DNA of 63,531 bases, counting the filler, from Octopus bimaculoides (lineage: Eukaryota), in the NCBI RefSeq assembly GCF_001194135.2. It is 6 parts of 6 records of this genome, joined end to end, with 100 filler letters (N's around TTAATTAATTAA, not from the genome) between each part and the next. Parts side by side here need not be neighbours in the genome. Positions count along the whole stretch, not along the records: positions 35,972 to 40,871 come from NC_068996.1; positions 40,972 to 55,201 come from NC_069007.1; 4 more parts are not named here. One strand, given 5' to 3'. Numbering within the stretch: position 1 is the stretch's first letter; every line of letters begins with the position of its first letter. The notes under the pieces were generated by a model. The model was given only the letters and a program-made list of their open reading frames with translations, ran no database searches and was not told the origin of the DNA. Of this stretch, positions 38,281-52,058 are shown one piece after another. The translations under genes were made by a program, and so were the position numbers.

Positions 38281-39541
38281 TATATCCTTAATTTTCATCT
38301 TGATTTTGATGGAAAAAATGTATGTATTCAATCAATTAATCAACATTTGATATGGTTGAACAACCAATCCCAACCTATTGGGATTCACAGTACAGATTGA
38401 TCATCCTTTTGATTGCAGAATACAAAATATGATCTGCAAGACCTCCAATTGGGTAATATTTCTGAGTCACCATTTCAATCCTTCCATGCCAATCCATCAA
38501 AACGGTGGCCCATTTGCAGCTGAGTGGACTGGTGCAATATGAAATGAAGTGTTTTCACAATAACACAACACACAGCTAGTCTGGGAATCGAGACAATGAT
38601 CTCACAATAATGAATGCAACATCCTAAGCCGCTAGACCACACATTTATTAAGCACTAACTTAAAAGCTACACTCTGAGCAGGCCTTTAAGCCAGCTCCTG
38701 TCGAAGGCTAACTGGGCCTGCAGCCCAAAACAAAAGAGAGTTAAATAGCATGACTACAATACGTCTATAATGACTATATTGCCCTGCTGGTATTTGATCA
38801 GAGGTTAAGGACAGATGAGAATTAATTCTGTAATGCAATCATTCTATTGTTCCAGTCCCAAGTTGAATTTTAACTGTTGGTTAATTTGTCCCAAAGTTCT
38901 TATGTCAGCATAAAATTAACAATGTGAATGTCATTTATCTCCCCTTGATCTTTGATGTCTTCCAACAAATGCCAACCAAGATGGCATGAATCAGCCAAGC
39001 TTTACCTGCTAAAAATAGCAACCCAAATGCTTTTTAAATCGGATCCCAATACTGGATGTTCAACAACCAAATGAAGGGCAGATTTTTCATCCGAGGATCA
39101 TCCTGATTTCAAAAAGGTATAATATGTCTATGTAGAGCAAATGTAGGCTGAGATACAGGGGTCCCGGATGGACAGACAGAATTTTGCTTTCATTATTATA
39201 GGAGTTTTACAATACTTCATCAATACACAGAATATTTTCCCCAGAAGTTTTCATTTTGCTGCAAAATTTGTCATAAGATTCAATGCCTGACCCTGACAAC
39301 ACAGTAACTCACATACTTCACAGTTTATAAATAATCAAATCAACACAATATAAATTAAACCCATTGTGTATATCAACCCACTTTGCTTCTTGTGAGGTTT
39401 TTTTTTTTTTTTTTCCTTTCCTATTTAAAACAACTTTTAACCAACATCCTGATGCCTACTAATACCAGTCTACAACACACAAACATGCACGCACAACATA
39501 ACATATATGAATAATATATATTATAACTATATGTTAATTCA

Positions 39542-39810
39542 ATGCCACTAGACTGGCTCCTGTGCAGGTGGCACATAAAATACATCATTTTGAGCGTGAC
39601 CGTTGCCAGTACCGCCTGACTGGCCTTCGTGTCGGTGGCACATAAAAGCACCCACTACACTCTCTGAGTGGTTGGCGTTAGGAAGGGCATCCAGCTGTAG
39701 AAACTCTGCCAAATCAGATTGGAGCCTGGTGTAGCAATCTGGTTTCACCAGTCCTTAGTCAAATCATCCAACCCATGCTAGCATGGAAAGCGGACGTTAA
39801 ACGATGATGA

Positions 39811-39813
<3 letters not shown>
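39542..39813 (+). mobile_element. SINE/LINE-tail family D with (GAT)n tail (other copies 44122-44345 plus, 35813-35871 minus, 52910-53200 minus, 63199-63250 plus)
   Basis: ggcgttaggaagggcatccagctgtagaaac...acccatgctagcatggaaagcggacgttaaacgatgatgat. Confidence 0.85.
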
Positions 39814-39848
<35 letters not shown>

Positions 39849-40414
39849 ATGACGATTGCCACTTCTTTAGAGAAGAAGGCCTTCTCTTCAATTAATAAAA
39901 AATGTCATGAGATCTTATACGACTAGCAAGTCCTGCTCTTGACAAACAAACACTACTGCAGATCTTACAAATATTTTAAACAGAAAAGGGTCTACAATTC
40001 TAGTTAAATCCTGTCTACGGAGTGCTCGTTTCAAGATAGATTGTTCAATTCTTCGAGCTTTAAATGCTCTGCATCTATTGTAGATCATTTGTTTCCAAAC
40101 TGATTGCAAGTGTGTGTGTATATGTATGAGTAGATACATATTATATACACACACATTCTTATACATACATATATTCTTATATATACACACATGCGTGTGT
40201 GTATGCATCCCCTGTGTAACTGCATATAGAAGTGAAAGTGTGCGTGTGTATACGCATCCTGATCTATGCTACCATAGAGTCACTGGAACTTGAGGCAGCC
40301 CTCTGGTTTGCCTGTTCATATTGAATCATCCAACCTATGTCAGCATGGGTAAAGTGATGGGGTGTTAAATGTTGATGGTGATGATAATAATGGTTTATAT
40401 ATATATATATATAT

Positions 40415-40449
<35 letters not shown>

Positions 40450-40561
40450 TGCGCCATTTTACAGCCTAGCCAGGCTCATGGCCCGGTTTCCCAGTTTCTA
40501 TGGCATATGTGTTCCCCCACCCCAGCTGGACGGGACGGCAATCCATCACAGCTTTACTCAA

Positions 40562-40720
40562 GAAACAGGAAGAAAGAGTGAGAGAAAGTTGGGGTGAAAG
40601 AGTACAACAGTGGTTGCCACCACCCCGTGCCGGAGCCTCGAGGAGCTTTAGGTGTGGGAAGTGAAACCGTGATCTTCCAACCGTGAGTCCACTGCCCTAA
40701 TCACTGGGCTATTGTGCCTC

Positions 40721-40771
<51 letters not shown>

Positions 40772-41198
40772 ATATATATATATTAATAAATTATAGGGTA
40801 GCAAAAAAAATTTTAGAAATTTTATTTACCACCAGTGGTCTAGCGAGAGTAAAAAAACAGTCAATAGACTANNNNNNNNNNNNNNNNNNNNNNNNNNNNN
40901 NNNNNNNNNNNNNNNTTAATTAATTAANNNNNNNNNNNNNNNNNNNNNNNNNNNNNNNNNNNNNNNNNNNNCTGTACTCTTCCACCACAACTTTATCTCG
41001 CTCTTTCTTCCTATTTCTGTTGTGCCTGTAAATCAAAGAGCCAGCCTTGTCACACTGAATATCTCCGAGAATCTACGTTAAGGGGTACACGTGTCCGTGG
41101 AGTGCTCAGCCACTTGCACGTTAATTTCACGAGCAGGCTGTTCCGTTGGTCGGATCAACTGGAACCCTCGACGTCGTAAGTGACGGAGTGCCAACAAC
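40562..41198. mobile_element. Two partial SINE family B pieces (40562-40721 minus; 40972-41198 plus) either side of a linker gap
   Basis: Match to the 46009 and 57606 copies. Confidence 0.75.
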
Positions 41199-41268
41199 AA
41201 TCTATCAATCTATTTTTCAATCTATCAAACAATTTATTTACCTATATGCCTCTTTCTTTCGCTCTATA

Positions 41269-41300
<32 letters not shown>

Positions 41301-41898
41301 TAATATACACACACATACACTCACTCACTCACACACTAACAATCTTCAAACAATCATGGCTGCCCATACGGCTATTGAATCTAAGGGCAGTAACTCTAAT
41401 AACAGTTATTTCCCTTATATTAGGTTTCTTTCTTATTTGTTCAATATGTCTGCAAGCCAATATTTTCGATATCCTTAATAAAAATCTGTCTATGCAGCAG
41501 GAATGTCAGATTTAATGGATTAATCATTATTACATTAACTGCCTTGATAATAACTTGTAACATTCTTTTTCGAGTTATATGATTTAGTAGCGAGCTTTAA
41601 GGAATCTAAAGAGACGATGTTTAGCACCGGTTTCTGTAGCGCCGACAGCAGACAGACGCACACGACCCACACACACACATATATATAATAGATAGATAGA
41701 TAGATAGATATACACACGTGTATATACATGTGTGTGTGTACGTATGTACGTATACATGTTCTTTATTTTTTTATTTGTTTCAGGAATTTGACTGCGGCCA
41801 TGCTGGAGCACCACCTTTAGACGAACGAATCGACCCCATGACTTATTCTTTGTAAGCCTAACACTCATTCTATCGTTTTCTTTTGCTGAACTGCCAAG

Positions 41899-41938
<40 letters not shown>

Positions 41939-42452
41939 NNNNNNNNNNNNNNNNNNNNNNNNNNNNNNNNNNNNNNNNNNNNNNNNNNNNNNNNNNNNNN
42001 NNNNNNNNNNNNNNNNNNNNNNNNNNNNNNNNNNNNNNNNNNNNNNNNNNNNNNNNNNNNNNNNNNNNNNNNNNNNNNNNNNNNNNNNNNNNNNNNNNNN
42101 NNNNNNNNNNNNNNNNNNNNNNNNNNNNNNNNNNNNNNNNNNNNNNNNNNNNNNNNNNNNNNNNNNNNNNNNNNNNNNNNNNNNNNNNNNNNNNNNNNNN
42201 NNNNNNNNNNNNNNNNNNNNNNNNNNNNNNNNNNNNNNNNNNNNNNNNNNNNNNNNNNNNNNNNNNNNNNNNNNNNNNNNNNNNNNNNNNNNNNNNNNNN
42301 NNNNNNNNNNNNNNNNNNNNNNNNNNNNNNNNNNNNNNNNNNNNNNNNNNNNNNNNNNNNNNNNNNNNNNNNNNNNNNNNNNNNNNNNNNNNNNNNNNNN
42401 NNNNNNNNNNNNNNNNNNNNNNNNNGTAAAGAAATATATATACACATATATA

Positions 42453-42690
42453 AAGGCGGTGAGCTGGCAGAATCGTTAGCATGCCAGGCGAAATGCCTAG
42501 TTGTATTTCATCTGCTGTTACGTTCTGAGTTCAAATTCCGCCGAGATCAACTTTGCCTTTCATCCTTTTGGTGTCAATAAATTAAATACCAGTTGCGCAC
42601 TGGGGTTGATGTAATCGATTTAATCCCTTTGTCTGTCCTTGTTTGTCCCCTCTATGTTTAGCCCCTTGTGGGCAGTAAAGAAATATATAT
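42453..42690 (+). mobile_element. SINE family C, full-length
   Basis: aaggcggtgagctggcagaatcgttagc...ttgcctttcatcc...gccccttgtgggcagtaaagaaat. Confidence 0.88.
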
Positions 42691-43061
42691 ACACATATAT
42701 ATATACGCATGTACACACATACAATATAATCAGTTATTAGTAGGCATAGTACAATATTCCTATTATATATTGGGAGAAAGAAAGACAAGATTCCACACAG
42801 TTACAAAACCCAAATTCCCTCGTAAAGAATTGGTTGGGTGAAGTCTATAGAAGAAGTTACCTAAGGTGCAGTACAGTGAGACTAAACTTGGAATCATGTG
42901 CTTCCAAATTAACTTATATGATGAACCCCCACACTAAAAATCTCTGTCTTTATACATCCGTGTCTGTTTGATTTCCTGTCCATACAGTTGTATTTGTAAG
43001 CAGATCTGTATATATGGCTTGTCTTTATCTGTATACTTTTCTGTCTCTATACATCCGTGTC

Positions 43062-43104
<43 letters not shown>

Positions 43105-43395
43105 GCATATATACATACATACATACATTCATATACAAAGTGTGGTGAATACATTGTTGTCTAAATTACAAAAAATGAAAGTAATACTGACATCTCATTT
43201 TAACAGATATATTTACCAAAATTACATAAAAGTATCTCATAGATGGTGCCCAACTGGCCCTACTATACTGACCCTATTATACTGTGTAGTCAACAAAATC
43301 AAAAATAAACAATGCACAAAATTAAAAATATAACATGGTGACAATTTACCCATTGCATCCATTATATATAATTATAAGCTATATATTTATGTGTA

Positions 43396-43521
43396 CATAC
43401 AAGTGTGTGCAGTAGTCCTTGAATTTTACTAAGCTCTTGAAAGAACTTGGAAGATTGGGCCTCCAACCAGGCCTTTTGCGATACCCTTCAATCCAGAAAC
43501 TTTTTAGCATCCCCTCATGTA
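43396..43521 (-). mobile_element. Mariner-derived MITE fragment (same family as 55944-56151)
   Basis: TIR tacatgaggggatgctaaaaagtttctgg on the minus strand, plus a remnant of the transposase 3' end. Confidence 0.7.
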
Positions 43522-43535
43522 TACATATACGTGTA

Positions 43536-43570
<35 letters not shown>

Positions 43571-44699
43571 NNNNNNNNNNATATATATATATATATATAT
43601 ATCAGTGTGTGTGTATGTATATATATATATGTGTGTGTTTATAAGTGTATACATACATACACACACAAACACATACATATATATGTATACATATGTCTGT
43701 GTGAAGAGAGAGAGAGAGAGAGATTTTTGAGACCCCAGTGAACTGCAAAGTTCTACACAAGGTCCATGTATGTATGCGTGCTTGCATGCATGCATGTGTA
43801 TGTGTGTGTATGTGTGTGAGCAATTAGTTTGAAGTCGACCAAGAAGTACAATAATTAATATGATAATTAAGTCGTATATTAATCAAGGATGGTGATCTTC
43901 CCTCGTAGTTAATTAAACAAATCAACACAAAAAGAGGAAAGGCCGTAACAGAAATTACAAAATTAAATAACAGATAAATAAATACATAAATAAAAACAAG
44001 CAAAAAACAAACACCTATGATCTGAGGATTCCCCTGATAGAGTATGCTGTATGGTTGTTCCAAATTTTGGCAGAAGACCAGCTGTTTTATGGAGAAGTGG
44101 GGGTCGGTCAATTACATGGAAGCCATTGCCAGTACCGCCTGACTCGCCTTCGTGCCGGTGGCACGTAAAAGCACCCACTACACTCTCGGAGTGGTTGGCG
44201 TTAGGAAGGGCATCCAGCTGTAGAAACTCTGCCAAATCAGATTGGAGCCTGGTGTAGTCATCCGGTTTCACCAGTCCTCAGTCAAATTGTCCAACCCATG
44301 CTAGCATGGAAAGCGGACGTTAAACGATGATGATGATGATGATGATAAACATTTTTAGCAATTTGCTTCTGTGTTTTGCACTTTTTTCCATATTCTTTTC
44401 AAAGATGCCCCATCATGCTTTCGGGGATAATCATGAAGGGGTGAAATTTCAGTTTCACACAGAAGGGGGGTCTATTAGACTTGAAAGGTCAAAGTTTCAG
44501 ATCAAAGAAAAAAAACCAAGAAAGAGATGTTCTTTGCAAATCGATCTAGGCAATGATTTCCCCAAATTGTCGAGTTAAGCTGTAGAAATTTTAATGATTG
44601 GTTTCATCTTATATTCTTATACCTAAGAATGGATCTTCCTTTGTCATGATATCCTTCTACTTATTGGCCATACAAAAGAATTTTTGAAATGCAGTCATC

Positions 44700-45290
44700 T
44701 TTCATTTAAACAACATGTCCTACCCATCTGCACTACAGGGATAATTACCTTTATCATTTTATCAGGAAGTCCAGCTTTTGACAAAACTTTCCAGAGCACC
44801 AGTGTATCAAAGGCATTGGTAAAGTCGACAAAGACCATTCGAAAAGTAAGTATTTTGTCCATATGCTTTCTGTTGAACTTGCTGGAGGGCAAATATCATG
44901 TCAACTATGGCCTATCCCAGCCCGAAATCCACATTGGAATTCAGAATATATGCTGTTTATTACATGTTTTTTGATGGGGTTAAGAATCACTCTCACAAGA
45001 ATTTTTCCAGCTATGCACAACAAGCTTATTCCCCTGTGATTATATCACATACACTCTTCTTCCCTTTGTTTTTTGCACAAATGCATTATCGATGAACCAT
45101 TGAGGAATAGATCCATTTTCCCAGATCAAACAAATCAATTTGCACAGCTTACTTACAAGTTGTCTGCCGCTATGTTTGTACACTTCTATGGGAATATCAT
45201 CTTGTCCAGGAGCTTTACCATTGGAAAGCTTTTTGATAGAAGTATTTGGTTGTCCAGGAAAGGGCATGCCAATTTTTAAAGGAAAGAAAA
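44700..45290 (-). mobile_element. RTE LINE reverse transcriptase fragment, degraded
   Basis: IKKLSNGKAPGQDDIPIEVYK..LIWENGSIPQ, VDMIFALQQVQQK, MVFVDFTNAFDT..LWKVLSKAG.PDKMIKVI. Confidence 0.88.
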
Positions 45291-45309
45291 AGGTCAATAA
45301 ATATTTGCC

Positions 45310-45430
45310 ATTACATTTTTAATCAACCAAATATGAACCATTTTGTTGCACAATGCATCTCCATCTTTCCTGTAACTTGAAAAATACCCTCTTCCCAGAA
45401 TTGAGGTGATTTCATGGCAAAGAATTCATC
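45310..45430 (-). mobile_element. Mariner transposase C-terminal fragment
   Basis: FFAMKSPQFWEEGIFKLQERWRCIVQQNGSYLVD-stop. Confidence 0.75.
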
Positions 45431-46008
45431 AATTGGTACTAATTTAATCGATCCCCAAAAGGATGAAAGGCAAAGTCGACCTTGGCGGAATTTGAACTGA
45501 GAACTTATAGATGGATGAAATGCTATTAAGCATTTTGTCTGATACGGTAGCTATTCTATCTCCCTACCTTAGTTTGTCGCATAATTAAGGAATAAATAGG
45601 ACAGATAATTAATTTAAACTCATGAAGATCTTTATCTAACTACATGACCTAATATTGTGGTGTAGGGTTAAATGCTTAACTAAGAGCTAAAGCATGTATG
45701 GATAAAGCCAGAATAAGACCTGGATTACAGGCCTGAAACACTTAGATGGCTTGAGTAACCACATATATCTGCAATTCAAAATATAAACAATAATAAACCA
45801 TAAGATAATCTTTTTTTTTTTTTTTAATGAAACAAAACTAACAGCAAGATGGAAAATAATGCTTATTTTTGTATACTTCCACTTTATTTATATTTGAACA
45901 GTTTTCTCCTATTTTCTTTTTAATTACAAAGTCTTTGATCAGATCCTCAAAATTAATCTTATGTAACACATCTGCTTCTATACTTAAAAGAAATAAGGCA
46001 CCCTGAAT

Positions 46009-46390
46009 TGTGTGTTGGCACTCCGTCGCTTACGACGTCGAGGGTTCCAGTTGATCTGATCAATGGAACAGCCTCGTGAAATTAACGTGTAAGTGGCTGA
46101 GTACTCCACAGACACGTGTACCCTTAACGTAGTTCTCGGGGATATTCAGTGTGACACAGTGTGACAAGTCTGACCCTTTGAATTACAGGCACAACAGAAA
46201 CAAGAAGAGTGAGAGAAAGTTGTGGTGAAAGAATACAGCAGGGTTCGCCACCATTCCCTGCCGGAGCCTCGCAGAGATTTTAAGTGTTTTCGCTCAATAA
46301 ACACTCACAACGCCCGGTCTGGGAATCGAAACCGCGATCTTATGACTGCGAGTCTGCTGCCCTAACCACTGGGCCATTGCGCCTCCACTC
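46009..46390 (-). mobile_element. tRNA-derived SINE family B, full-length with 14-bp TSD
   Basis: TSD AAGGCACCCTGAAT at 45995-46008 and 46391-46404; head ggaggcgcaatggcccagtggttaggg..tttcgattccc; tail gacggagtgccaaca. Confidence 0.93.
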
Positions 46391-46803
46391 AAGGCACCCT
46401 GAATAATGTTTTAGCAAATCTAAAGTGATTTCTTTTGTTCTGTAAACCATTTACCATTTCTGTGATGCTTCCCACATCTTGATGTCCTAAGTACTTGCTT
46501 AAAGGATTTTGTTTTCTGGTTTTCATCCCAGTACATGACAGCATTTTTGCACTGGTTGTTTTGTTTTTGTTTTTGTTTCTGTTGTTGTTGTTTTTCTCTA
46601 CTGGTGGTGCATGGCACAGTGATTAGGATGCTGTACTAACAATCATGCAATCGTGGTTTCAGTTCCCTGACTAGGCAGTGCATTGTCTCCTTGAGCAAAA
46701 CACTTCATTTCACATTGCCTCATTCCACTCAGCTGTGAATGAGTTCCACCAATCAATAGCTGGGGAGTTTATTCTGCATTTTATACAAGCAGCGACTGTT
46801 GTA

Positions 46804-47040
46804 ATACTCTTTTACTCTTTTACTTGTTTCAGTCATTTGACTGTGGCCATGCTGGAGCACCGCCTTTAGTCAAGCAAATCGACCCCAGGACTTACTCTTT
46901 GTAAGCCTAGTACTTATTCTATCGGTCTCTTTTGCCAAACCTCTAAGTTACGGGGACGTTAACACACCAGCATCGATTGTCAAGCGATGTTGGGGGAATA
47001 AACACAGACACACAAACATATACACACACACATACATATA
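46804..47040 (-). mobile_element. SINE family A 3' half (also 41761-41900, 55040-55200 plus, 55302-55463 minus)
   Basis: Consensus match. Confidence 0.85.
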
Positions 47041-47457
47041 TATGTATATATATATACATATATNNNNNNNNNNNNNNNNNNNNNNNNNNNNNNNNNNNNN
47101 NNNNNNNNNNNNNNNNNNNNNNNNNNNNNNNNNNNNNNNNNNNNNNNNNNNNNNNNNNNNNNNNNNNNNNNNNNNNNNNNNNNNNNNNNNNNNNNNNNNN
47201 NNNNNNNNNNNNNNNNNNNNNNNNNNNNNNNNNNNNNNNNNNNNNNNNNNNNNNNNNNNNNNNNNNNNNNNNNNNNNNNNNNNNNNNNNNNNNNNNNNNN
47301 NNNNNNNNNNNNNNNNNNNNNNNNNNNNNNNNNNNNNNNNNNNNNNNNNNNNNNNNNNNNNNNNNNNNNNNNNNNNNNNNNNNNNNNNNNNNNNNNNNNN
47401 NNNNNNNNNNNNNNNNNNNNNNNNNNNNNNNNNNNNNNNNNNNNNNNNNNNNNNNNG

Positions 47458-47804
47458 CGGTCTTAGGATCGCGGTTACGATTCCCAGACCGGGCGTTGTG
47501 AGTGTTTATTGAGCGAAAACACCTAAAAAAGCTCCACGAGGCTCCGGCAGGGGATGGTGGCGAACCCTGCTGTACTCTTCCACCACAACTTTCTCTCACT
47601 CTTACTTCCTGTTTCTGTTGTGCCTGTAATTCAAAGGGTCAGCCTTGTCACACTGTGTCACGCTGAATATCCCCGAGAACTACGTTAAAGATACACGTGT
47701 CTGTGGAGTTCTCAGCCACTTGCACGTTAATTTCACGAGCAGGCTGTTCCGTTGATCGGATCAACTGGAACCCTCGACGTCGTAAGAGACGGAGTGCCAA
47801 CAAC
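47458..47804 (+). mobile_element. SINE family B, head cut by gap
   Basis: Consensus match ending gagtgccaacaac. Confidence 0.9.
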
Positions 47805-48159
47805 TATGAGATGTGGGACGAGGTCGTCAACCCTGGCAGGATTTGAACGCTGGACTTAATAAGGACAAAACCATTAACAGGTTAATATGGGAGGCTACTA
47901 TAGAGGCATTCGATCTGTTAGAAACGGCAGCCGGACGTCTCTGAAATCATACCCTACTGTCTTTAAAAGTGAGCGTCTCGAAGAATGTGGTTTTATACAC
48001 GTTGTGTTTAAAGAGAAAAGATAAAACATTCATTGTTGGAAGATGATCTGGTCGCTCAAGGTTGACTCAGGGCGAGATGATTACGAAATTATCAATGTAG
48101 GACAAGTTTATATTTCCTGTTGCTATTGTTTACTGGAAAACATATGACTCGTAGAACGT

Positions 48160-49200
48160 GCAGCTTGATTTTGTAGTTACGCCAGACAATAAAGTGCCCT
48201 GAGAAAAAGTAAATAAGGAGAAAGAAATTACGAAAAGAAGAAATTAGTGAAATATAAAGAAAGAGAGAGTATGGAGACAATGAGTGAGGAGTAAGAGAAG
48301 GAGGGAGAAAAGGAAAACGAAATATAAGCTGTGTATTTATAGTGAGGGGTGAGACAGAAAGAGGGAGAGAAAACAACAGAGAGAGAGGGGGGGCGAAAGA
48401 GAAAGTACAACAGAGCGGTATGAATAAAAGAGGAAGAGAGAGAGAGGAAAAAAGAATGAGCGATGGGCAGGAGGTAGAAAAGAAAGGCGAAGTGGGAGAG
48501 AAATAGGAAAGGAGGGGAAGATGGGAACGGTGGAAATGTGAGAGAGACGGTATGATTTGAGAGAGAGGGAAGTAATGAGAAAGAGAAAGATAGTAAAGTA
48601 AATGTGAAAGAGGAGAGTAAAGAGAAAGAGTGAGGAGGGGGAGGACAGTGGTGAAGAGAAATGGGAAAATACGAGAGAGGAAATAATTATTTAATAGCGA
48701 GAGAGAGAGAGGTGGGATGAAAAGCAAAGAAAAAGGAGGGTGAGAAAACAGAGAAAGAAAGTAGTGAGTAGACGGAGGGATGGGGGGAGGTGAAAGCAAA
48801 TAGAGAAAGAGAAAGAGAAAATAGAGAGAGAGATAAAAAAGATAGAATGGAAAACGTAAAGAGGAAAAGGAAAAGAAGGGTGAGAAAACACGAATGTGAA
48901 AATATAGGTTAGGAGAAGGGAAAGAAGAGAAGATGGAAACAGAAAAAGAAGAGAGAGAGGGTGAGAGAAAAGGCAGAATACAGAAAGAGGGTTATATGAA
49001 AGATAAAGTAGAGAGAGAGAAGGGGGGAAAGAGAGGTGTGAAAAATAGATAGCGTAGAGAAAGAGAGAGAGAGAGAGAAAGAGAGGTAAATATAACAACG
49101 AGAGGGAGAGAGAATGGTAAAAAGAGAAAGAATGATGAAGTAAGGGAAATAGAAAGTAGTGGATAGAGGAAGGGGAGGAAAAGTTTGTTTGAATATCACT
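48160..49200. repeat. About 1-kb GA-rich polypurine tract directly upstream of the signal-peptide exon
   Basis: Direct reading. Confidence 0.9.
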
Positions 49201-49459
49201 CCGCTGTATTTTGTTATTCTGGGGAAAGTTGAAAGTTTTGAGTTTTTGTATTGAAAGCAATTAACTACCTGGTATAGTTTTTTTTCTGTTTTGATTATTA
49301 TATAATTGATTGATCGCTGATATTTCAGTTTATTTTGAAAATATAGTGTTGTAAGTTTAAAACCAAACTAAACATCACAATTTTATCTTATTTTTTTAAT
49401 TAGATTATCAACAAGGGAACGAACACCTCTTAGTTTTTGGATTTAAAAAAAAAAAAGTA

Positions 49460-49640
49460 ATGGAAGTGAAAAAGAAAGTTTACGGAAACTCTCGATGGCG
49501 ACTTGACTTAATATTGGTAATAATCGTTGCTTCTTGTTGGTCTTTGATGTTGTTTACAACACCAACAACAGCAAAAGAAACTACGTCAACAACTCCAGCG
49601 ATAACGACCCCCATACCAACATCGGAGCCACCTTCGAAAT
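49460..49640 (+). CDS. Probable first coding exon of a secreted or membrane protein (signal peptide plus Thr/Pro-rich stalk)
   Basis: MEVKKKVYGNSRWRL (basic n-region), DLILVIIVASCWSLMLF (h-region), TTPTTA|KETTSTTPAITTPIPTSEPPSK; phase-1 donor AAAT|gtaggt at 49641. Downstream exons not found. Confidence 0.6.
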
Positions 49641-49749
49641 GTAGGTATTAAACACTCCTTAAACACTTCACCCATATTGTACACATGCACACGTGTGTGT
49701 GTATGTGTTGTGTGTGTGTGTGTGTCATACTTTAGACCCCACTTATAAT

Positions 49750-50070
49750 CTATGTATTGTTTATCTATGTCATCGATCTATCTATCCATCTATCTATCTA
49801 TCTGTCTGTTTTTATATCTGTTTGCCTATCAATCTGTCCGTCTATCTGTCTGTCAATCTGCCTGCCTATCTATCTATCTATCTATCTATCTATCCATCTA
49901 TCTGTTCGCCTATCAATTTGTCAGTCTGTCCGTCTATCAGTCTGTTTATCTATCCATCTATCTATCTATCTATCTGTCTCTATATCTGCCTATCAATCTG
50001 TCCGTCTATCAGTCTGTCCTTATATCTATCTATCTATCTATCTATCCGTCTGTCTGTCTGTCTATCTTAC
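49750..50070. repeat. Complex (TCTA/TCTG)n tetranucleotide repeat
   Basis: Direct reading. Confidence 0.92.
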
Positions 50071-50947
50071 ACAGTTTATCTGGCTCAGAATTGGCAGCGA
50101 ATTGGCCGAGTTGTTAGGGGCGTCAGACACACTGCCTCGCGGTATTTGTACTAGCTCTCTACGCTCTGAGTTCAAATCCTCCCACAGCCGATTTTGCCTT
50201 TCATCCTTTCGGGACTAAGGAAAAAAAAAAACCCTAATCAAAAGCGTTAGATTCGGCGAAACTATAAAAAGATCGGACTAGATATGTTGTGGAATTCAAA
50301 TCCTGCTTATAGCCCACTTGACGGGTGACATAACAATCTATCGCCCAGTTTAACCGCATTACCTAGCACCTTGGACGCTTTTATTGGAGCTCCGCTATAT
50401 TGCTAGCATTCGGGACAAGACTCTTGATTCAAAGTACTTTCCACAAGTCTTGAAAACCCTGCAGCGGTCGTGGGCCCCCTATATTCCTTCCTGATTAAAA
50501 GATTTTTAAAATGTCTACCTAGAAGTCTGTCTGCCTGGTAACAGTTCGAGCTTAGCTGTTAAGTCTGTCTCCTTGCATATCTATCTATAATTAGCCATTT
50601 GTCTATATACTTATCATTTCTTCTACTCGTCTCTCTCTCTCCGTCTCACACACATACACGCGCGTGCGTGTGTATATATGTGTGTGTTTACAATGTAAGC
50701 TTAAAATGTTTATCTCACCTTTTGTTAATGTGTCTGGCTTTTTTTTTTCCTTCTTGTATAACCCCCCTTCTACGTATCTATAACGATCGATCTCTCACTT
50801 TTTCTGTCTGTATATTTTGTGTATGTATGCATGTATCTAAGAATGTATGTATGTCTGTATCTAAGAATGTATGTATGTGTGTGTATTTATATGTACGTCT
50901 TATCAGTTTCACCTCTTCGATTTTACTTCCTCCCCCCTACCAATTCG

Positions 50948-50985
<38 letters not shown>

Positions 50986-51663
50986 CTCTTCGAAACGCCG
51001 GTGTTAGAATGGGGGTAGCTGATGAAGGAAAATGTTCTCTATATGGCTTGTGTGTTTTCTGTATTCTGGTTATTATTATTTTCTTGTCTACGTTTTGTTT
51101 GCAATGTCCTGTACCCAGATATGCACCTATATATACAGGTAGACGTAGGTATGCACATACCTGTACGTATANNNNNNNNNNNNNNNNNNNNNNNNNNNNN
51201 NNNNNNNNNNNNNNNNNNNNNNNNNNNNNNNNNNNNNNNNNNNNNNNNNNNNNNNNNNNNNNNNNNNNNNNNNNNNNNNNNNNNNNNNNNNNNNNNNNNN
51301 NNNNNNNNNNNNNNNNNNNNNNNNNNNNNNNNNNNNNNNNNNNNNNNNNNNNNNNNNNNNNNNNNNNNNNNNNNNNNNNNNNNNNNNNNNNNNNNNNNNN
51401 NNNNNNNNNNNNNNNNNNNNNNNNNNNNNNNNNNNNNNNNNNNNNNNNNNNNNNNNNNNNNNNNNNNNNNNNNNNNNNNNNNNNNNNNNNNNNNNNNNNN
51501 NNNNNNNNNNNNNNNNNNNNNNNNNNNNNNNNNNNNNNNNNNNNNNNNNNNNNNNNNNNNNNNNNNNNNNNNNNNNNNNNNNNNNNNNNNNNNNNNNNNN
51601 NNNNNNNNNNNNNNNNNNNNNNNNNNNNNNNNNNNNNNNNNNNNNNNNNNNNNNNNNNNNNNN

Positions 51664-52058
51664 TTTTACTCTTTTACTTGTTTCAGTCATTTGACTGTGG
51701 CCATGCTGGAGCACCGCCTTTTAGTCGAGCAAATCGACCCCAGAATTTATTCTTTGTAAGCCTAGTACTTATTCTATCAGTCTCTTTTTGCCGATCCGCT
51801 AAGTTACGGGGACGTAAACACACCAGCATCGGTTATCAAGCGATGTTGGGGGGACAAACACAGACACACAAACACATACACATATACATATATACGACGG
51901 GCTTCTTTCAGTTTCCATCTACCAAATCCACTCACAAGGCTTTGGTCAGCCCAAGGCTATAGTAGAAGGTACTTGCCCAGGGTGTCACACAGTGGGAATG
52001 AACCCGGAACGATGTGGTTGGTAGGCAAGCTACTTACCACACAGCCACTCCTGCGCCT
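51664..52058 (-). mobile_element. SINE family A, full-length
   Basis: From tail ttttactcttttacttg to head cacagccactcctgcgcct. Confidence 0.92.

Noticed and set aside
39915-40100. Minus-strand open frame WKQMIYNRCRAFKARRIE...
   Set aside because: Weak acceptor and no recognisable family; within chance expectation.
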